Shown here: positions 59,401 to 64,000 of the stretch, piece after piece
Layout: each line of letters opens with the position of its first letter
How positions within the stretch are numbered: the first letter of the stretch is position 1
Assembly (NCBI GenBank): GCA_963795085.1
Contig: CAWCFX010000001.1
Coordinates: 128,001 to 192,000 of the forward strand
Direction of reading: 5' to 3'
Source: an uncultured Gemmatimonadales bacterium
GTDB lineage: Bacteria > Gemmatimonadota > Gemmatimonadetes > Gemmatimonadales > GWC2-71-9
DNA: 64,000 bases
Made by a program: the position numbers and the translations under genes
The notes under the pieces: model-generated
Seen by the model: the letters and a program-made list of their open reading frames with translations, nothing else
What the model was told of the DNA's origin: nothing
The model's database searches: none

Positions 59401-62400
59401 GGATCTTCAACGCCGCGACCGATGATGTTGGGATTCTCGCGGACCGTCCCGATTCCCTCATCGTCGCGGTGGACGCGGTGGTTCGCAACGTGCCCCTGTG
59501 CAGCCGGAGTCTCAGCCAGACCGTCCAGGTCTTTCCCTGGGGCGACCTCAGCGCGCGCTGCACCAACGGCAACGGCGTGGTGGATACCGAAGACCTGAAT
59601 GCGGACCTGACCCTCAATGCCAAGGGCGCCGCCGAAAACACATTTCGATATGTGGTCTCGCTCGGTGACCAGAAATACTACGTGCGCGATGGCGTCCGAA
59701 GAATGGATCCGGTAACCGGGCTGGAGTCAGTCTGGCGCCTGTACCGGATCCCTCTTCGGGAGCCGGACGCGGTGATCGGGTCCCCCAACCTGCGGTTGAT
59801 CCAGCACTTCCGGATCACGGTCGCCGCGGAGAACGACAACGGCAACCCCGATATCGTGGCGCGGTTTGCCCTGGGACGAGTGAAGCTGATCGGATCCTCC
59901 TGGGTACGGCGGGCGGATCGTCCCATTCGGGGCTTGTCCGGCTCCCTGGCGGAGCCCCATGGGGCCATCATCAGCAGCGTCGTCTCCACGGTCAACTCCG
60001 AACTGGGCTATGTATCCCCGCCCGGCCTCGGTGACCTGGCTTCCCGGAAGGACGGGGGCCGGGACCTCCAGGGTCTGCAGATCAACGAAAAATCTCTCCG
60101 GATCCTCGGGCAGGACCTGCTCCAGGGAGAGCGGGCAGAGGCGTACTTCCGGTTTCCGTCGGGCCCCCAGAACCTGCTGAAATACAGTACCCTCCGGTTC
60201 TGGGCCCGGGGGCGGGGGCAGGGCTGGGAGGACGGCCAGCTGGAGGCATACCTGAAGCTGGGCTCCGACGACCGCAACTTCTACATGTACCGGACCTCCT
60301 CCCGGACCACCACCTGGGAACCGGAGATCACGGTGGATCTCGAAACCTGGCGGCGGCTGCGCGGCGAGATCCAGAGCCGCTACCTGCAGGGTCTTCCGCC
60401 GTCCGGGGCGGGGACCTGCGGCGGTGGAGACTCGACCGCATTCGTCGCCTGTGACGGCCCCTATTTTGTCCAGGTGGCTGATCCCGGGATCAATCCGCCC
60501 AACCTGGCCCGGGTCCAGGAGCTGGCCGCCGGCATTTACCGGGTGGAACAAACCACACCGATCGATACCTCCGAACTGTGGATTGACGATATCCGGCTGA
60601 CCGAGCCGGTGTCCCAGCTGGGCAGCGCCATGGCGATCACCTCCAGGCTCGCCGCGTCGGACGTGGCCGACTTCAGCCTGTCCTACGTCCGCCAGGACGG
60701 CTCATTCCAGCAGATCGGCAGCGATCCCACCTATCGCACGACCGGCGCCCTGCTGCTGGGGTCCGCACTGCGGATGGAACGATTTCTCCCCCGGAGCCTG
60801 GGGCTCAGTGTGCCGGTCACGGTGTCGTACGGGAAGAGTACCGTTAACCCGGACCTGCTCCAGAACAGCGATCTCCGCGCGGCGGACCTCGCAAATCTCC
60901 GGAAACCCGAAAGCTGGACGGCGACCTACAACGTGGCCGTCCAGCGCAGCCGCCGGGGGACCCACTGGCTGGTTCGGGGACTGGTCGACCCGGTGTCCTT
61001 GAGCGCCAACGTCGTGCAGGGCAAGGCGCAGTCCGAACTCTCGGAGACAAAAACTTTCGCGTCAAGCTACAACCTTAGCTACAGCCTGTTGCTGGGCCGG
61101 AAGGGTCCCCGCCTGAACCTCGGTGGTCTCGTCGCCCTGCTGCCCGGCTTTCTTCGCAACACCGAGTTCGGTGCCGGCCTGCGGCAGCCCCAGGTGAACC
61201 TGGTGCCCTCCAACCTGCGCTTCAGCAGCGGGCTCACCAAGAGCGAGAGCGATGTCCTGGCCTTTCCGGTGCAGGTCCGGCGTCCCCAGGATGCCGCGAT
61301 TCGACCGATCCAGAACTTGACTCACCTCTGGAGGAACAGCGCCAGCCTCAACTGGCAGCCCGTCGGCATGCTGCAGGTGGGGGGCGACCTCATCAGTACT
61401 CGCGACCTCCGGGAATACCCCGATTCCACCGCCCTGGGCAGGCTGGCCAGCCAGTCCCGGCGGTCTTTCGCCGGCATGGACGTCGGTGTGGAGCGTGACC
61501 GCCAGTTGAGCACAACTTTCACCCTGGCGCCCCGGGTCACGGCGTGGCTGCGGCCCCGGTTCAACACGGGGAGCTTCTTCGTCCTTTCCCGCACCCTGAC
61601 CAGCCGGCCCCCCGTCCGGGAGGATGGCGACTCGGGCGCGTTCATTCTGCCCCAGACCCTGAACAACAGCCGGAACCGGGAACTGACCGCTGTCGTCGAC
61701 ATCAGCCAGGGGCTTCGGGGAGTGTTCGGCGACAGCGCCGGGATCGCCGGCCTGGTGCGCCGGGTCCGCCCGCTGGAACTCTCCACCCGTCTCATTCGCA
61801 ACTCGACCTACGACCTCGCCTCGTTCGATCCGGGGCTCGGCTACATGCTCGCGCTGGGCGGCAGGGAGACGTTTCTTACCCAGGGCGGTGAATCCGCCCT
61901 CAGCCTCTCCGAAACCAGGGCCAATACCGTCGGGAGCGGGGCCGACCTGCCGTTTGGCATGTCCTTCAGCCTGAGCTACAGCCGGGTGACCACCAGCCGG
62001 CTGCAACTGGTCAGTGGCGACTACCTGACGACCGATTCACGACAGCGGGAATGGCCAGTTGGCTCGGTGCGCTTTACCAGGACCCTGGCTTCCGGTCCCG
62101 TCAGCCTGTTGACCGGATCGATCGGCTTTCGCCGCCGTGAAGGCAGCACCCTCCAGCCCGGCGCGGGCGGGAATGCCCGGACCGCGACCTTCTCAAAGTC
62201 GCTTACCCCGGAGATTCAACTGGGACTCAGAAACGGTATGGTCCTGCTGCTGGGCTACAATGCGAACAGCCAGCGGAACGAAACCAACGGCAATACCACC
62301 GAAACGAACCAGGATGACATTACGGGCACCTTTAGTTATGTCTTTCGCCTTCCCGGGAGCATCAGCCGCCTCCGGAAGCAGGTCAGCGCCTCGCTTTTTA

Positions 62401-62642
62401 CTATCTTTTCGACCGCGACAACCTGCCTGACCCGGGTCGAGATGGACAATTGCCAGGCCATCTCCGATACCCGAAGAACGGAGATCCGGGGAAGCCTGGA
62501 CACCGACCTGCTCAAGCTGATGCGGGGCGGGATCCAGTTCGGATATACCCTCAACGATGCGCGACACCTGAACCGCCGGATTTCACAGATCTACCTCGCG
62601 ATCACCGCGCAACTGTCCCTGTACGCCGGAGACTACCGTTAG
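56469..62642 (+). CDS. sprA: SprA/Sov-like T9SS outer-membrane translocon
   Basis: About 2050 aa with SprA-type blocks: VNVDYDSERDF, YQGLEDEIVQRVEVG, GSERI.ANG.VLERGTDY.IDY..GRV, DTEDLN, WRLYRIPL, LWIDDIRL; beta-strand-rich C-terminus. Start may be TTG 56538. Confidence 0.85.
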   Translation: MAAVHVLFLVLVRSRSGYISRIPLPQRPISSRLSLLLPALAVVLGLTLLPTTAKGQADSVIPGFQASFKIPGPALVSPIPLRLSTGRPGEVGVSGRWDASFAHSLDSSRAIRAMAYRLRSIYGEAGQRPPRTRVEPRDQGILSLPSQYADLTIDGTARVEIRTDRVKNERCTPAALLDPASGCRGGFSAPRIDNQFNVLAGGLIGRRLHVNVDYDSERDFGGNDNIQVYYQGLEDEIVQRVEVGTVTFRPPASRFITAAIPANNFGINATFEVGPFQIQAIAAQQKGSSVAERTFTVGERITQPQDRQVRDLDFEAGRFLWVIDPAILPGYPAIDILNVNSAAAAADQRPQSELRIYRYRPVQSQGGANANVGGINAVAISADGVQRQTARWELLIQNQDYYLDASGLWFTLASKLDQKDYLAVSYLTAAGTRVGTGPVTDTPVVPGTAPRDTLRLIVEPLVSSDRTTFRHEMRQVYRVAGADLDLNSLRVDLSVNQTERPLSGTASTYLALLGLSLPTDESIFDAYSRLFPRLQDTQAGQTIRESYIVFPHLRPFADATRLQPAERSDSLYTTPLYLVLSQGPPAKFLFRLRYSASGNEDRSTLDLNALQIREGSERISANGQVLERGTDYSIDYNTGRVTFLTPDLLFGNTPAQVSARFEERGFFAIAPTTIFGGSAQYRMGDRGNINLIGIYQYEQTAFNRPPLGFEPEATLVAGINTDLHFRPNVLTRVLDGLTSGGATAPSRLDVTAEFAVTRPDPNRAGAAFLEEFESDAGIDISLRENLWGLASRPQSADGLVAEIPDFAAGFDSTWASQLTWQNLVPACRVVSECGPIQLRAEDIDPNVTIVGTGSQRETIMFMTLHADTAGGIVNNRNESAWTLPRTDFQPRWRSIVTSLSTTGTDLSRSEYMEFWVFQDGRRSADSAGVRLVLDLGSVNEDALAIVPESLSVNGSDSTFSGRAYTGVNRLDSERDPTGIFNAATDDVGILADRPDSLIVAVDAVVRNVPLCSRSLSQTVQVFPWGDLSARCTNGNGVVDTEDLNADLTLNAKGAAENTFRYVVSLGDQKYYVRDGVRRMDPVTGLESVWRLYRIPLREPDAVIGSPNLRLIQHFRITVAAENDNGNPDIVARFALGRVKLIGSSWVRRADRPIRGLSGSLAEPHGAIISSVVSTVNSELGYVSPPGLGDLASRKDGGRDLQGLQINEKSLRILGQDLLQGERAEAYFRFPSGPQNLLKYSTLRFWARGRGQGWEDGQLEAYLKLGSDDRNFYMYRTSSRTTTWEPEITVDLETWRRLRGEIQSRYLQGLPPSGAGTCGGGDSTAFVACDGPYFVQVADPGINPPNLARVQELAAGIYRVEQTTPIDTSELWIDDIRLTEPVSQLGSAMAITSRLAASDVADFSLSYVRQDGSFQQIGSDPTYRTTGALLLGSALRMERFLPRSLGLSVPVTVSYGKSTVNPDLLQNSDLRAADLANLRKPESWTATYNVAVQRSRRGTHWLVRGLVDPVSLSANVVQGKAQSELSETKTFASSYNLSYSLLLGRKGPRLNLGGLVALLPGFLRNTEFGAGLRQPQVNLVPSNLRFSSGLTKSESDVLAFPVQVRRPQDAAIRPIQNLTHLWRNSASLNWQPVGMLQVGGDLISTRDLREYPDSTALGRLASQSRRSFAGMDVGVERDRQLSTTFTLAPRVTAWLRPRFNTGSFFVLSRTLTSRPPVREDGDSGAFILPQTLNNSRNRELTAVVDISQGLRGVFGDSAGIAGLVRRVRPLELSTRLIRNSTYDLASFDPGLGYMLALGGRETFLTQGGESALSLSETRANTVGSGADLPFGMSFSLSYSRVTTSRLQLVSGDYLTTDSRQREWPVGSVRFTRTLASGPVSLLTGSIGFRRREGSTLQPGAGGNARTATFSKSLTPEIQLGLRNGMVLLLGYNANSQRNETNGNTTETNQDDITGTFSYVFRLPGSISRLRKQVSASLFTIFSTATTCLTRVEMDNCQAISDTRRTEIRGSLDTDLLKLMRGGIQFGYTLNDARHLNRRISQIYLAITAQLSLYAGDYR

Positions 62643-62677
62643 TACAGGCGCCGGGCGACGACGAGCCAGGGGTGAAA

Positions 62678-62704
62678 AAAGTGGGAGGTGAGAGGTGAGA
62701 AGTA
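62678..62704. repeat. Heptamer tandem repeat (GARGTGA-like)
   Basis: aaagtgg gaggtga gaggtga gaagtaa; reverse complement of the 22391-22418 units. Confidence 0.55.
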
Positions 62705-62741
62705 ATCCTGATTGGTGTCTGTTGGTTTTGGAGGCCCTCAT

Positions 62742-63671
62742 ATGCGATTCCTGATCGGTGCCATGCGTCTGTCCTGGCTCCTGCTTCCCAGTGCAATCCT
62801 CACGTTCAGTTGCGCCGGCGATAGGCCGGCGGTGAGCGAGTTCGACGGTCCGGCGGCGTTTCGCTACATCGAGCAGCAGGTGGCGTTTGGACCGCGGATC
62901 CCGGGCACCGAGGGCCACGAGCGGATGGGGAACTGGCTGGATTCCACGCTGCGGGCCAGGGCTGACACGGTCGTGGTTCAGGAATGGACCCACGTTTCGC
63001 TCCAGGGGGACAGCCTCCGGATGCGCAATTTCATCGCCCGCTGGAAACCGGCCGTGGCGAAGCGGGTGCTCTACCTGGCTCACTGGGACACCCGTCCCGC
63101 CTCGGGTCCCGATTCCGCCCTGGACTACACCCGGCCCGTCCCCGGCGCCAACGATGGCGGATCCGGAGTCGCCGTGCTGCTCGGCGTGGCCGACCGGCTC
63201 AAAGCTCAGCCGCCGGGGGTCGGGGTGGACCTCCTCTTCGTGGACGGCGAAGACTACGGAATCTTCAACGACAGCGTGGATGTGCTCATCGGATCCACCT
63301 ACTACGCCAGGAACCTGGCCGACAGCGAGCGGCCGCTCTTCGCCGTGCTGTTCGACATGGTCGCGGACAAGGACCTCCGGATTTTCGTGGAAGGAAACTC
63401 CAGCGTCGCGGCGCCCCAGGTGGTGGACCGGGTGTGGACGGCCGCCGAGGCGCTGGGGTACACGTCCTGGTTCGACCGGCGGGCCAGGCACACCCTGATG
63501 GATGACCACATTCCACTGCAGCGTGCCGGCATCAGCGCCATCGACGTCGTGGATTTCGACTACCCGCACTGGCACACGCCGGGGGATACCATCGACAAGG
63601 TGAGCGCGGAGAGCCTCAAGATCGTGGGCGATGTCGCGGTGGCGGTCATCAGGGGAGTAAGAGGGGAATGA
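62742..63671 (+). CDS. M28 family peptidase / glutaminyl cyclase-like, probable lipoprotein
   Basis: AHWDTRP, GANDGGSG, DGEDYG, DMV, DDH and WHT motifs. Confidence 0.9.
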   Translation: MRFLIGAMRLSWLLLPSAILTFSCAGDRPAVSEFDGPAAFRYIEQQVAFGPRIPGTEGHERMGNWLDSTLRARADTVVVQEWTHVSLQGDSLRMRNFIARWKPAVAKRVLYLAHWDTRPASGPDSALDYTRPVPGANDGGSGVAVLLGVADRLKAQPPGVGVDLLFVDGEDYGIFNDSVDVLIGSTYYARNLADSERPLFAVLFDMVADKDLRIFVEGNSSVAAPQVVDRVWTAAEALGYTSWFDRRARHTLMDDHIPLQRAGISAIDVVDFDYPHWHTPGDTIDKVSAESLKIVGDVAVAVIRGVRGE

Positions 63672-63764
63672 AAGGTGAGAAGCTAGAGGGCTCTCGCGGT
63701 TTTTTGCGTGCGGCTGCGGGTTTGCGATGACGCCGGCTTGACGGTCTAACCCTATACTCCCGCC

Positions 63765-64000
63765 ATGTCGGCCGAGCGGCGGGCCATCCTCCTTCTGCTT
63801 GCCCTGGCGGTCGCGGGGCAGGGCATCCGATACCTGGTGACCCGGCCCGGTGCGGCTCCGGGCGACGTCACCATCCTTGGCACAACCACGGATCGCTCGC
63901 CGTCGCGCCAGGCCCGGGTCGCGGAGGCGGCGCACCGGCCGCTGGCGCCGGGAGAGAAGATCGACGCCGACCGGGCTTCCCCGCCGGAGTTGGCCCGGTT
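63765..64000 (+). CDS. ComEA-like helix-hairpin-helix protein (truncated by window end)
   Basis: MSAERRAILLLLALAVAG TM helix, then KIDADRASPPELARL resembling IDLNxAsxeELxxLPG. Confidence 0.65.
   Translation, partial: MSAERRAILLLLALAVAGQGIRYLVTRPGAAPGDVTILGTTTDRSPSRQARVAEAAHRPLAPGEKIDADRASPPELAR

Overview
GC-rich bacterial chromosomal window with about 57 CDS and no rRNA, tRNA, CRISPR array or intact mobile element that I can recognise. The gene content suggests Gemmatimonadota or a related FCB-group lineage (inference). Housekeeping genes include an acyl-ACP desaturase, cutA, modABC, pruA, DsbA-VKOR, kup, acs, ccmABCD, an aquaporin, a CtaA-CtaB fusion, lptFG and a partial comEA. The most interesting items are: (1) a GEMM-I riboswitch with A at the Vc2 G20 position (3',3'-cGAMP-type), behind a sigma54-like promoter and in front of a STAS gene; (2) a T9SS-like module (TonB-dependent receptor, 1.3-kaa CTD-bearing protein, PorV family, GWxTD, lipoprotein) with sprA about 9 kb away and no porKLMN motor genes in the window; (3) a non-coding tandem array of three ~124-bp hairpin units; (4) a tightly coupled ECF sigma/anti-sigma operon ending in a methyltransferase, a cyclase and a lone ketosynthase; (5) an AdoMetDC-like protein lacking the pyruvoyl Ser; (6) a family of intergenic 7-9-mer repeats, some inverted, one set of which flanks a frameshifted four-helix-bundle gene. 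All calls come from reading motifs by eye; no database searches were run.
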